A program made the position numbers and the translations under genes. A DNA stretch of 64,000 nucleotides, from positions 4,488,501 through 4,552,500 of the forward strand of contig MU059953.1 of the NCBI GenBank assembly GCA_013265495.1, in the 5' to 3' direction. Of the stretch, positions 12,926 through 24,059 are shown in pieces. The notes under the pieces are model-generated. The model was given only the letters and a program-made list of their open reading frames with translations, made no database searches and had not been told where the DNA came from. The stretch is from Vicugna vicugna (Eukaryota). The stretch's first letter is position 1. Each line of letters opens with the position of its first letter.

Positions 12926-13275
12926 TTTGAGATTTGCAAATGCTAACCAGGAGAAGGAGCAGAGGGTTTAAGATGCCAGGCATGGAAGCGGTGAAAACTG
13001 CATGCACGCATGTTGCACTGGGCAGAACGTGGCCCATGGCCCCCTGTCAGCAGTAAGCTGGGGCAAATAGGTCTGAGTGTTGTGCCCTATACATAGAGAT
13101 AGACAAAAAACAGATTTCCTCTGTACAGCACAGGGAACAATATTCAATTATCTTGTAACAACCTTTAATGAAACAGAATATGAAAACAAATATATGTCTG
13201 TATCTGCATGACTGGGACACTGTGCTGCGCACCAGAAACTGACACATTGTAACTGACTACACTTCAATTAAAAAA
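12926..13275 (+). mobile_element. Younger cetartiodactyl-type L1 3' end inserted into the old L1
   Basis: gagatttgcaaatgctaac ... gtacagcacagggaacaatattcaa ... accagaaactgacacattgtaactgactacacttcaattaaaaaa. Homologous to 18492-18744 and to the reverse complement of 61724-62095. Confidence 0.85.
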
Positions 13276-13626
13276 TATAGCATTAAATTTTTTTCTAGAT
13301 AGAAGGGCCTGTTTATTTTTTGATTTTGTTATTAATTTATACTTTTACTGATAGTGGTAAAAAATGCCTGCTTATATTATTTTTATTCTTTGGGATGTAT
13401 TGAGGTTTTTCCTTATAGCATCTATGTCCACTTGAAAAGCATGCATATTCTGTGATACTGGAGGTCGGGGTTTATATATGTGTAACATCGACTTATTATT
13501 TAGTGGTTATGTCGTTTAGTCATCTATGTCTGTCATTTTTTTCTGCTTGGCCTATATTTTATTGGGAGATGTGCATTAAATTCTCCTCTGATGTATTTCT
13601 GTCCTTTGTGCTGGAGCTGGTGTGGA

Positions 13627-14077
13627 TGGGCAGACCTGGAGACACTGCAGGTTTGGTTCCAGACCACTGCAATAAAGTGACTGCCACAATAAAGTGAGTC
13701 ACAAGAACTTTGGGGGTTTCCCAGGGCCTGCAAAAGTCATGTTTAAACTATACTGCAGTCTATTAAGAATTACATCTAAAAAAACAGTGTATACACACCT
13801 TAATTAAGAAATACTTATTGCTAACACGGTAACCATCATCTAAGCCTTCAACAAATCACTGTAGCAACATCAAAGATCACGTGTCATTGTAACAGATATA
13901 ATGATGATGAAAAAGTTGGAAACACGGCAAGAATTACCAGCATGTGACACAGAGTCATGAAGTGAGCAGGTGCTATGGGAAGAATGACACATGTTCGCCA
14001 CCAACCTTCCACTGGCAAAAAACGCAGTGTTTCTGAAGTACAATAAAAATGAAGCAAAATAGAGTGATGTCTGCCTG
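13627..14077 (-). mobile_element. Internally deleted Tigger1 (TcMar-Tigger) DNA transposon, Tigger1a-like
   Basis: Left end gggcagacctggagacactgcaggtttggttccagaccactgcaataaag matches the reverse complement of the Tigger1 3' terminus. Right end gcaaaatagagtgatgtctgcctg matches the other TIR. Confidence 0.85.
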
Positions 14078-14619
14078 GGAGCCTCCCTGTGAGCGGCGGG
14101 CTTGGCTTTGAGAATTGTGCTACTTTGTGTCTTTTCATTTGGCTTTGTCTGAATTCTGTCTTCTCAGACACCAAGATTGCGGCCCCTGTTTCCTTTTTAT
14201 TTGCCTCCGGTCCACCTTTGTCCACATTTTAACTTCCACTGTGTCTGAGTCTCTTCGGTTTGGTCTGAAGCGAACTGCGTCTTGCAGGCACGGTGTCGGA
14301 CTCTGCTTTGCTGTCCCGGCTCAAGCTCTTTCCCTGCTCCGGACGTTGAGCGGACGTACATCTGTTTAATGTGGTTACTACGTTCCCTTGGTTCTGCCAG
14401 ATTTCTCTGTAATTGCCTTTCCCTGTGTGGCCTGCTTTATTTGTCCTTTTTTCTGTTTCTTGGCATATATTTTTGCCTTCGGGGAGTTTCATGTATTTCT
14501 TTTCAAGTTTCCCTTTACACTAAGACCCTCGTATGACGCCGTCCGTATTATTCTGGGTCAAGTCAGGAGACGGAAGCACACTAGTGATTCGATCGGGCAA
14601 CATTAAATACGAAGAATTC

Positions 14620-15250
14620 TAGCCGGCGAAAGAGGTCGCCGATGAGGGGCAGAGAGCGCGCGGCAGCGCGGCAGGGCAGGGCGCGGGCGCCGCTCCGCTC
14701 CGGGGGCTCCGGGGCTGAGGCCGGGCGCGGGCAGGAGGCGGAGGCGAGGGGACGCACACCCTCCCTTAAGACCTTCTCGGGAAGGGCGCGGCTCCGTCCC
14801 AGGGGACGCTGTGCGCCCTGAGGGCCAAGCTGTGCGGTTGCCCTGCGGCAGCTCGTCTATCAGAAAACAGCCTAACGAGACGGGGCCAGAGGAAGCAGCT
14901 CCCGCAAGCGAAGCGCGCACAGCGAGCACAGACGACGCGCGGCTGCTCCCGCGCCCGCTTCCTCCCTCAGGGACCCGCTCGGCGCGCCCGCTCTCGGGCT
15001 GGAGCCTCGGCTTGCGGCGGGGCGCGCTCTCACCCCGCGAGCGTCCGAACCCTCGACCGTGCGCTCTTGTCTTTGGTTGCGGCGATCCTATGGTAACCCG
15101 TATGATGGGCGTGGAGGTGCTGCGAGGCCCTTGAACAATCTCCTGGATGCCAGACGTGATCGCTCCACCGGCTGGAGAGGGCTGCTGCCGCGCGATGGGC
15201 ACGCGGATGGCAGCCGGGGGAGCCCGCCCTGTGCAGGGGAGGCTGGAGAC
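14620..15250. promoter_or_regulatory. CpG island, possible promoter or first exon
   Basis: Dense CpG and GC boxes. Minus-strand donor CGCGGG|GTGAGA at 15034/15033. RFX half-site ggtaac at 15092-15097. Confidence 0.6.
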
Positions 15251-16659
15251 CAAGCCTGAGACTTGGGCCCAGCAGGCGGGGCAGCCCCTGTGCTAAAGCC
15301 TGCGCCCGGCCACCTGCTCCAGCAGAGCTTTCCCAAAGCCCCGCTGACACCAGGCGGGACCTTGCTGCCGTCTGCTCCTGGCCTTTGCGCGTCTGTCCGA
15401 GCAGAGCCCTCCCAGCCGCACGGTGGGCACCTCACTCAGGCGGACGTCCACCGTGGGGGCCTGGGAGGAGTGCAGGCCAAGGAGCCCTGCCTTTCAGAGG
15501 AGGCTTTCTAATCCAAGCAGAAGGAAGAGCTGCCCTGGGGGGTGAGGGTGCTTTATTTGCTCATCGAGGCGCTTGGGTAAACTCGAAAGCTACGGAGAGC
15601 CACAGATGAAGACGACCGGGGCAAATCCGGGCCAGCCCGTGTCCGAGAGCTCAGCAAACGGAGTTCCCGGGTCTCTTTGAAGAGGGACGCCCTTCTTTGT
15701 GAGGGTTTCCTACGGCGTCTGCTTAGCAGCACCCCGTCCCCCACCATCAGATGTGGAGAATGGGCAGCTCCCACGCTGGCCCTGCCCCTGGACGGCCATC
15801 CCAGGACCCTCACGGGCCCACTGTTGGAGATTTGTTTGTTTCAGTCATTCTGCTGTCCCGCATCAGGGAGAAGCGGCCCTGCAAGGGGCATTCAGTCACC
15901 CGCCGCGTGGGACTGACCCCATCAGCTGCCCTGGTGACGTGGACTATGCATAGCCTCACTTGGGTCGGAAGTGGGTCACGAGGCACCAGCCAGCTGGAAA
16001 GAAGGGTCTGAGGAGGGAGAAGCAGGTCCCCCGGGAGAGGTGGGGGCTGGGGACTGTCTTCTCCACGGGCTGACCGGCTGACCCGCTCCGCACGCCCCGT
16101 GTGAAGGACGCCCGGGTTCGGGTCAGGTCCTGAAGGCCCAGGACCGCTCAGGGTGGACTCTCCACCCTCCACATCTGCGGGGAGCTGCAACTTGCAACTG
16201 GAAGTTGCTCTGGCTTGATTCACAGTCTTGGCTTTTAGCAAACATGCAAATTCCTGTCAAGGGAAACAATATTTATTTCTTACTGAAATATTTGTGGGTG
16301 AACCAAGTTCAAATAAGTATTCCAGGGTTCACTTCCTTTTTACTCTGCTTTGCTTCACACACACACACGGGCCATACGCTCAGCTTTCTGAAAGTCAAAG
16401 AAGAGAAAATAAACAGGCGTCTCCAAGGACCTGGAACACGGGTATTGTTTTAATCAAAACTGTGAAGACAAAGGAAGGAACAGAAACATTTGGGATTCAA
16501 AAGAGCAGATCTCAATGGCAGACAATTCGAAGACCTTTCCAATTCCCCGCTCCTGCCTGGGGACGCACATCTTACGAGCAAAGGGAAGAGGCATCTGGAA
16601 GCTGCTGCACGGCATTGCACACAAGAGCCCCAAGAGAAGGGATTTGTTAAAAAAGTCTG

Positions 16660-16805
16660 GAGGTCCTGAAGCACCTTAAAAAGTTTATATAAATATGAAA
16701 GGGTTAGAAGGCTGTACATCAAAACATAAAATGCCATCTCTAAGTAGTGAAATTATGGATGATTTTAATTTTCTTTAATATATATTTTCAAGATACGATT
16801 TTATT
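16660..16805 (+). mobile_element. Ancient L1 (L1ME-like) 3' end fragment
   Basis: agaaggctgtacatcaaaac...tagtgaaattatggatgattttaattttct resembles L1ME termini. Confidence 0.45.
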
Positions 16806-16857
16806 AAGCAGAGAAATCTCTGGGTTCTCTGGCCTCATCGGACTGAGTAGCACTGGT

Positions 16858-16905
16858 GGACAACCTGCCCCAGGTCATCCAGCGACTTCAGAGCAGAGCT
16901 GGGGA
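16858..16905 (-). mobile_element. MIR fragment
   Basis: acaacctgccccaggtcatccagcgacttcagagcagagctggg resembles antisense MIR aacttgcccaaggtcacacagctagtaagtggcagagccggg. Confidence 0.45.
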
Positions 16906-17029
16906 GGGGACCCCAGCCTGAGAGGCACCAGATTTGGGCTTTGCCCGCTGGGTCATGCACCATACGTTCCTGCCACCCTCGCCCAGAGCCGATGAATCTT
17001 GTAAGCTGGAGGGGACAGACCTTCGAAAT

Positions 17030-17285
17030 GATTTTTAAAATAGTTCATTGAGAGGAAATTGACACAACGGAAAATGGACCATTTTCAAAGTGAGCAACTT
17101 AGTGGCATCGTGTGCATTCACCACGTTGTGCGCTCACTGCCTCCGTCTAGTTCGACGCTGTCCATCTCCCCTGAGTGAAACCCACCCCCGGGTAAGCAGC
17201 GTCTCCCCTCCCCACTCCCCACCGCCCCTGGCAACTGCCAACCTGCATTCAGTTGATATGATTTTTTTTAAGTGAAAAATTTTAC
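17030..17285 (-). mobile_element. L1M (L1MB/MC-like) 3' end fragment
   Basis: ttgagaggaaattgacacaac...accattttcaaagtgagcaacttagtggcat...cccctggcaactgccaacctgcattc is the typical antisense L1 3' terminus. Confidence 0.75.
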
Positions 17286-18491
17286 TTTTTTGTTTTTGTA
17301 AAGAAATTTTGGACATTAATGGTAACTCTGTTTCAACCTCCACAGAGGCAAATATTCTGCTATTGTCCAAGAGTTGTGGAATTTCTGGGCAACCTTTCCC
17401 CGTGCAGACCCCCTGGCGTTGGCTGGATTTCTGGCTGTCAGAGCCCGGAGGGCAGGGGTCCAGAGCCCTGCGAAGGCCGCAGTGTGCCCGCTGGGCATCC
17501 CGGGGTAAGCGCAGGCCTCTGTGGGAAGCTGTGTCTCCTGCTAGTCATTCCTGCAGGAAGCTTCTAGCTTCTTGACTTTGCAGAGCTCACTGGTGAGCTC
17601 TGCGTTAAGAATGACGCCTGAGAAGGCGTGCATATGTTTCAGACCAGGACGTGTGATTTCCCCAGCTAAACCTGATGATGCGGACAGTTTCCAGGGCTCT
17701 GCCACATCCCAGAAGGGCCCCGGCGTGGACCATTTCGCTTCAAACGGGCTCCAAGGGGTCTGGAAACTCCATTAAGGAAACATTCCATGTGAGGGAGTTT
17801 TGAACCAATTCAAGGACTTTGAAGGTGAAATTTCCTGACAGGTTTAAACTTCCACTTCAAAAGTAAGCATCTTCTGTAATTTAAAATAATGGGACTTTCC
17901 ACTCTGCGACTGCCTTTGGAAGGAAGGAAGTGTAACTACCTCATCCCGGCGGTTGAGGGGGAGAAGGTGGAGGCAGGCGCGACCGGCAGCCCATGTGCAA
18001 GGCATCGAGCCTGACAGCCTCCTGGGCTGGGGCAGGGGCAGGTGGGGGGGCCCGAGGGCCCCGCCACGTGTCTGTTACGTCACTGCAGCCTTACAACATC
18101 CCTGGCGCGGGGGTGGGGGGGACCGTAAGGTCTCTGTTTGAGGGATAAGACGCCAGTCCTGGGGACATTCCAAATGTCCACCCCCAAGCTCCAAGGTCCC
18201 CGCTTAGTAAGTGGTAAATCCTGGTTTAGGATCCAGCCCACGCTCAGGTTTCCAGCTCATCAGTCCTTGACGAGATCTGGATGGACAACTTCAAATGTTT
18301 TCTGAAACCAAACTTGAATACGCTGTCTGTTGCGTCCTCCTTTCCTCCATTTTTTCCCCTCCCTGCTTAAGCCGCCGCAAGACCACCATCTTGGCCAGGA
18401 CTGAGTTGCTGTTGAGGACAAAGCCTACATGTTGGATTTCTCTTTCCTTGTTCCAAAGGAGCATAAGAGGAGCATAAGAGTCAAAAAGAGT

Positions 18492-18744
18492 TGGAGGGGA
18501 AGAAGGCAGGAAGGGCTAAACTGGGAGTTCGAGATTTGCAGATAACATCTACTACATATAAAATAGATGAGCAACAAGTCCATACGGCATAGCCCAGGGA
18601 GCCATATTCAATATCCTGTAGTGACTTATGGTGAGAAAGAATATGAAAACGAATACATGCATGTTCATGTATGACTGAGGCACTGTGCTTGCACACCAGA
18701 AACGGACACACACAACATTGCAAATAACTACACTTCAATAAAAA
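18492..18744 (+). mobile_element. Cetartiodactyl-type L1 3' end
   Basis: aactgggagttcgagatttgcagataac...tagcccagggagccatattcaatatcctgtagtgac...cacttcaataaaaa. Confidence 0.85.
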
Positions 18745-18899
18745 TATGTTTTTAAAAACAGAGGGAAAAGAAAGCTCCATACTGCTCAGAAGTAACCTGG
18801 CCACTCATCTATCTGGTGTCATCAGTGGGCGTGACTCCTGGGGACCTCATGTGGACTCCTGCTTTATTTTTTATTTACCTTGAAAAAGTAAAACATGAT

Positions 18900-19150
18900 C
18901 ATCGTGCTTCAGTAGGGAACTTTGAAAAGTTCCTTTTTCGTAGCATTGTGCTCTTGTTTCATGGGTGCCACGTCTTCTCTTCTCTCTCTGAGGGTATTGG
19001 CTCTATTTCTTGGCATTTTTTCCTGACTTTTTGTCTCATGCGTTTTTTTTTTTTTTTGAGTTCCTTTTTTATTTTTCTATTGGCTTTGGTTTCTGCCTTT
19101 TATGTTAAATGCTTCACTCAAATGAATGGCAAACCTTGGCTGTCCATTCA
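18900..19150 (-). mobile_element. Ancient L1 fragment
   Basis: ttcatgggtgccacgtcttctcttctctctctgagggtattgg resembles antisense L1M sequence from the ORF1/5' region. Confidence 0.4.
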
Positions 19151-22100
19151 TATGAAATGCCGTGTGTGGGGCTGGTGGCCAGCGGGTCTCACCACAGGGT
19201 GATGGAGGGGAGCTGCCTCTCCTCTCCGTCAGTGTGTGTGTGGCTGTTGCCTTGTGCCAGTCAGCTTCTGGAGAGGGGAGTCCTCTGATGTCCCAGCCAT
19301 GTCCTTGGAACTTCATGACAAAGGGGACTGGGGGTCCTTACCATCCAGCGTGTAGAACTCCACTCCGACCTATTCAAAATTTTCACTGAAAACACTCAGA
19401 GGCCAAGGCATCATGTGGCTCCGGAAACACCGACAGAACTGAAGCCTGGCCCCCTAGGATGGTTTCATTTTGGGTGGAAAGTAACAAGGGATCTTGCTCA
19501 ATGACTGTTCCCAGGCCTCACTGGCAGAAACTGATGGCGAAGGACCGGGGATGTCCCATAGCCTGCGAGTCCACCTGGTGTGTGGTCCACACCCTGCTCT
19601 GACCTTGACCTAGAGACCTCCTCTGGCCATGGAGGCAAGGGCGTCCAAGGTGACCACGTGACAGGCAGAAACGGCACAGGTGTGGAGAGGCCACACCTGC
19701 AGGCAGAGCGCCTGCCTGTCGGGGTGGGGGGCGGTCAGCGTGGGCCCGGGAGAGGAGGCGGGGTGCAGCCTGTGTGGAGAGCAGGAGGGCCTCCCGCTCC
19801 GGGGAGCAGAGCCCAGATGTGAGCCTGCAGCATCATGTCAGGTGGCAGGGGGTCCAGGTGACGATGTGGGGCCCACACTGGGGCCTTTGTGAGTTACAGT
19901 GTCAGTCAGGGGCCTGACAGGAAACAGGCCGCAGCCCAGTGAGGATCACGGGGGAGGGTGGGGTGAGGGAGCCCGCAGGGGGGTCCGCTGCACCCTAGGG
20001 CTGCCCGGAGCCCAGGGAGCTGGGCATGGAGGAGCCGAGGCTGCGCGCACAGACGCACACCGAGGTGGGGGGGTCACAGGAGGAAACGCCCCGACCCCCA
20101 CCCCTTCTCCTGCTGGCGGCACCCGAGCGGAGCTGCCCCCAGAAGAGCACCACCCGCTCCCGGGGCTGGGGGTGTGGGGACGAGCCTCGTTGGCCACTGA
20201 GTCGTTGCAGGCTGAGCCCCTCAGCCACTCCCCAGCCTGAGCCTGGCAGCCGGCTCCACTGGGGCCCTGCGTGCGGGGTGCAGGCGAAGCAGAGGACGAA
20301 GGAGAAAGGAAGTAGCAGAAACCATCCGCAGCTGCTCGAGGCCCCTCTGCAGCTGGCCGCCAGCCTAGCTTCCTGCGCCCCCCAAACCCAGGGAGCCTGT
20401 GCCCGGCCCGCCCGGCCCGACCTCTGAGCGCAGAGCCCCGCGCCACCTGCAGCCCGCACCGCCCTCCGTGGGCTGGGGGGCCGGGGTGGGCCGGAGAGGT
20501 CTGCCCTGCGGGAGGAGCGCCTTCTCCCCGATGTTACTTAGAACTGCCAGCGCATAGTGACCATGAAAGCAGGCGGACCTAGACGGTGGTGTCATTGTTT
20601 TAAAGTCCTCTGCCAACACAGCACCCCTACTGTCTGCACCCACAGCAGAACGCGCCCCGTCCCTGCCCCATCCTCTGCCGACCGTAACTGTGCTCCCGTG
20701 ACTTCCAGAGTTTGGGACCCCTTTATTTGTTCTCCCAGCCCCCCTCGTTTTGGTCTTTTGGTCTAAAGTAATTCAAAGCTACTTTATAGAAACCTCGGGC
20801 AACCAGATGAAGTGGCTCCAGGCTTGGCGTCTTGACTGACCCCTTCTGCACCAGCTTCAACCTCAGCCCAGGGCCCACCATTCCCCCTTCCTCTGTCTCC
20901 GCCCTGTCCTGCCTGCAGGGGATTTGTTGTGGGAGAGAAAAGACTTATTGAATTGAATCAGGTTCATTTCCTCGCCTTTAGACAAGCAAGGCGACACACG
21001 AGGACGAGCACCGACATTCACGCCACCCCCCCCACAAGGGTGGGGCTGGTTCACGGCAGGTTCCAGGAGCCACGTCCATTCATCACTGGTCGACTCGCCC
21101 CCCGCCCCCACCCCAAAGGGGAGACGTTTCAACCCCTTGCCTCTGGATTTGACCAAGGAGCTGATGAAGGCTGACTTTTGAGTTTGATGTTTGGCTACTG
21201 GCAGGCCTTTTGCAGGAAAGCCGTTTCTTGGGAAGAGTTTCCTCTTCCCTGAGGCATTATTTTTCTAAGGAATAACTCAAAAGCACAGACATGAATCACA
21301 AGAGAAATCAGGTAGAAACGGACGGAGCCGCAGCTGCACAAGGAGATAGAAATGGCCTTTCGGGACTTCGAAGTAAAGTGCTGCCAAGGAGGCTCCAGAT
21401 GCATCCAGATGTGCCCCAGATGGGGACCTCAAGCAGAAGAGAAGCTTTGAGAAGGGGCACCGTGTGGGGTTCCCGCACCACTGGGGGAGGCGGGCCACTG
21501 TCCCCCGAGCGTCCCGTGCTGTGCTGTCCTGTCCCCTCCTGGCACTGAGCAGTTTCTCTAGCCGGTGCTGGAGGCATCTAGCTAGGTCCAGTCATAGTGT
21601 GACTACCGCTCCTGGGGCTCCTGGAAGGGGTGGGCGCCGGGAGGCACCACCAGCAGTGTGGTCTGGGAGAGGCCCCAGCTGGCAGTGAAGAGGCAGAGGA
21701 GGACGGCTCAGGCTGGCCCTGGGCTCCGCTCGTGATGCAAAGGCTTCACAATGAACATAATCCCATCGTGCTGCACATATGAAGAAAAGGGCTCCAGAGA
21801 AGCACATGTGTCTGGGTGTCCTTTGATTTAATACTGGTTACAAATGGTGTTCTGTTATCCCCGGTTACCCGATTGGCTAAGCAGCGTGGGCTCAGGCTGC
21901 AGTGTCAGTGGTAAACTATTTGTTGATAAGTCAATTTTATTTTTAGCTGTGAAGTTGGCTCAGGAGGAGGCCACATGCAGGAGATTAAGGTTTAACAGGA
22001 ACCATCTCATCAGATGGTGCAGAAGATGATTATGGATTCTGATAGGAATCCCATGCGTGCTAGGGAGACGCGGGGCTTTCCCTGGCGGGATTCTGTTGCC

Positions 22101-24059
22101 AGAAAATAAAGCTCTTCGGTCTTAATAATCTGGAAGAAACAAGTGTGTCCTTCCACCTTCCAGCCTTTGGCCGGCTCAGCTGGACTGGCCTGCGGGTTCT
22201 CCAGATCTCCTCCCCCTCTTCTCTGGGCCTCTGCAGTCTCCACTGTCTGACTTCCTCGCTCTGCCGGATTCTTCCCGCCGTGAGCCCGGAGTCCCACCGC
22301 GGGAGCACGGTCCCTCCGGGAGAGGGCGCAGGCGGGGCCGCTGGGCTGCAGGAGGGGCAGGCTCCCCGCCCCAGCGAGCGCCCCGCTGCCCGGCCCTGTG
22401 GCTAAGCCGGCTCCGTCGTGACCCCGTGCAGGGGTCAGTGTCAGGTCTCTTTCCAGCAGCCCTTGGCAGGAAGCCTGGGAGCCTCCCTCAGCCCACACCG
22501 CGGGCTGGGGCAGCCCCCAGCTCCAGGGAGCCCCAGTCCCGAGTCTAGGCCAGGGGCCCATGGACACGTGCACCGCAGCTGCTTTGGGCGAGGAACTGGA
22601 GTAAACAGGACGAGAGTTCAGGGGACACCGCACTCCTGCTGCTGCCCGGGGGCTTGGGAGAGACAGTGGCAAACAGGACAGGGCTCCCGGAATGGGGCTG
22701 GGTCCACCGTGGCTTTGCCGAGTTGGTTCCGGGCCTGAAGCAGCAGGAAGAGGTCCAGGGGGCCATCACTCGTCCAGCACAACGCGGCGTGCAGGGAGCT
22801 CCAGTGACCTTTTATGTCCTTGCCACAGAGATGGGGAGGTTGAGAGGAAGGACGGAGACCCCTACCCATTCCTCCCCACACCCACATCCAAATAACTTGA
22901 GTGTGTGGCTTGTTTCTCGTTTCCCTGGAGGTCACATCATCCCGCGTGCACTTCAGAGGTGCTGCACTGGTGACAGTTTGACAGGCTGCTCCGGCCCTGG
23001 GGGCTGAGGGCCGGGGAGGGAAGGGCAAGGGCGGCGCCTGTGCAGAAGGTGGGGTGCCCGGGCAGGCCAGGGCTTCGGGGCTGCCGAAGGGAGTGCGGTC
23101 CAAGAGCCAGGAGGACACCAGCCAGTAGAGGGATTGGGATGGGCCCAGGGTCCTAAGGTCTGAGGCCCAGGCTCAGCCCTGGCTGTAGGGCAGATGCCCA
23201 GCGCTGCCTGGGGCTCGGGCAGGGAGTGTGCCCCACCCCAACCCAGCACCCAGAGCCCGAGCATCACAGGGTCCCTCCCTCGGCAAGGCTCCTCTCAGCG
23301 AGGCCGCCAGCTCCTCTCGGGACCCCAGAGAAGCTGGGTAAGGAGGCCGCCTTGCACCCGGCACTGGGACCAAGCCCCCCGGGACCACCAAGGACAGGTG
23401 GCCTCTGGAGACCTGGTGCCCAGGCCGGGCCGCCTCGACGGCACGTCCTCCAGGGCGCATGGGGCCTTGCCACCTGCCGCCCCCACCCTGACAGTCCCTG
23501 GGTGTCACTGTCCCCCCACGTCCTGAAACCCACTCTCACACCCACCTGGCCTTCGGGCCCTCCCCCACCCGCCCTCTCTCCCATCCACCCTCATGCCCCC
23601 TAACTCCCGGGTGGTGGCCAGTCCCGCCGGCACAGTCGGGTTCTGTGGGAGAAACCAGTGCCGCCCCGGTCGCCTGGGGCCGCACCACCACTGCTTCCAC
23701 CATGCTCTGGCCGTCGAGGCCATCCGTCCGCTTGCGAACCCGGCCCTGGGCACCGCCCCTCGCTGGAGCTGTCCGGAGCCCCGCCCGTCCCTGCCGTGAC
23801 CGCGTGCCCGTCCTCCTCACCCTCAGGAGGGGGGGATGCCCTCTCTTCACGGGGAAAACCCCGGGTGGGATCAGAGGAACCGCCTTTCTCGTACGTTACA
23901 GAGCTGGCCGAACATCGGCAGTTTCCTACAGCCCACCAGCTCCCTGCGGCCACGCGGGGGTGTGGTCATAATGTGCCTTTGTTTCTCATGCACTTAGGAT
24001 TCTACTTGCTAGTATTTTATTTAGGATTTTTGAGTCTGTGAGGCTGTGCATAATTCTCC

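Larger units (their letters stand above)
11640..14570 (-). mobile_element. Old LINE-1 (L1M, 3' part L1MC/MD-like) with decayed ORF2, interrupted by two younger insertions
   Basis: Minus ORF 13884-14225 gives ANKKETGAAILVSEKTEFRQSQMKRHK, matching the L1 endonuclease segment KKAGVAILVSDKTDFKPTKIKRDK. Minus ORF 12750-13037 gives FLENKDENMTHLNLWCTAKTVIKGK, matching [25 protein letters not shown]. Confidence 0.85.

Noticed and set aside
12750-14225. L1 ORF1/ORF2-like peptides (also 28688-28963 and 43726-44078) as active or domesticated genes
   Set aside because: Short, frameshifted, highly diverged and interrupted by other insertions. These are fossils.
15553-15813. Minus ORF containing QRRASLFKETRELRLL (MADS-box-like) and VALRSFRVY (histone H3-like)
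   Set aside because: Similarity is limited to a few residues, does not match the mammalian SRF, MEF2 or H3 sequence, and the rest of each domain is absent. Treated as chance.
17304-17330. EILDIN resembles EILDLN in SPACA7, suggesting the SOX1-SPACA7 region
   Set aside because: A six-residue match only. No other SPACA7-like exon was found, so no locus or gene name is assigned.
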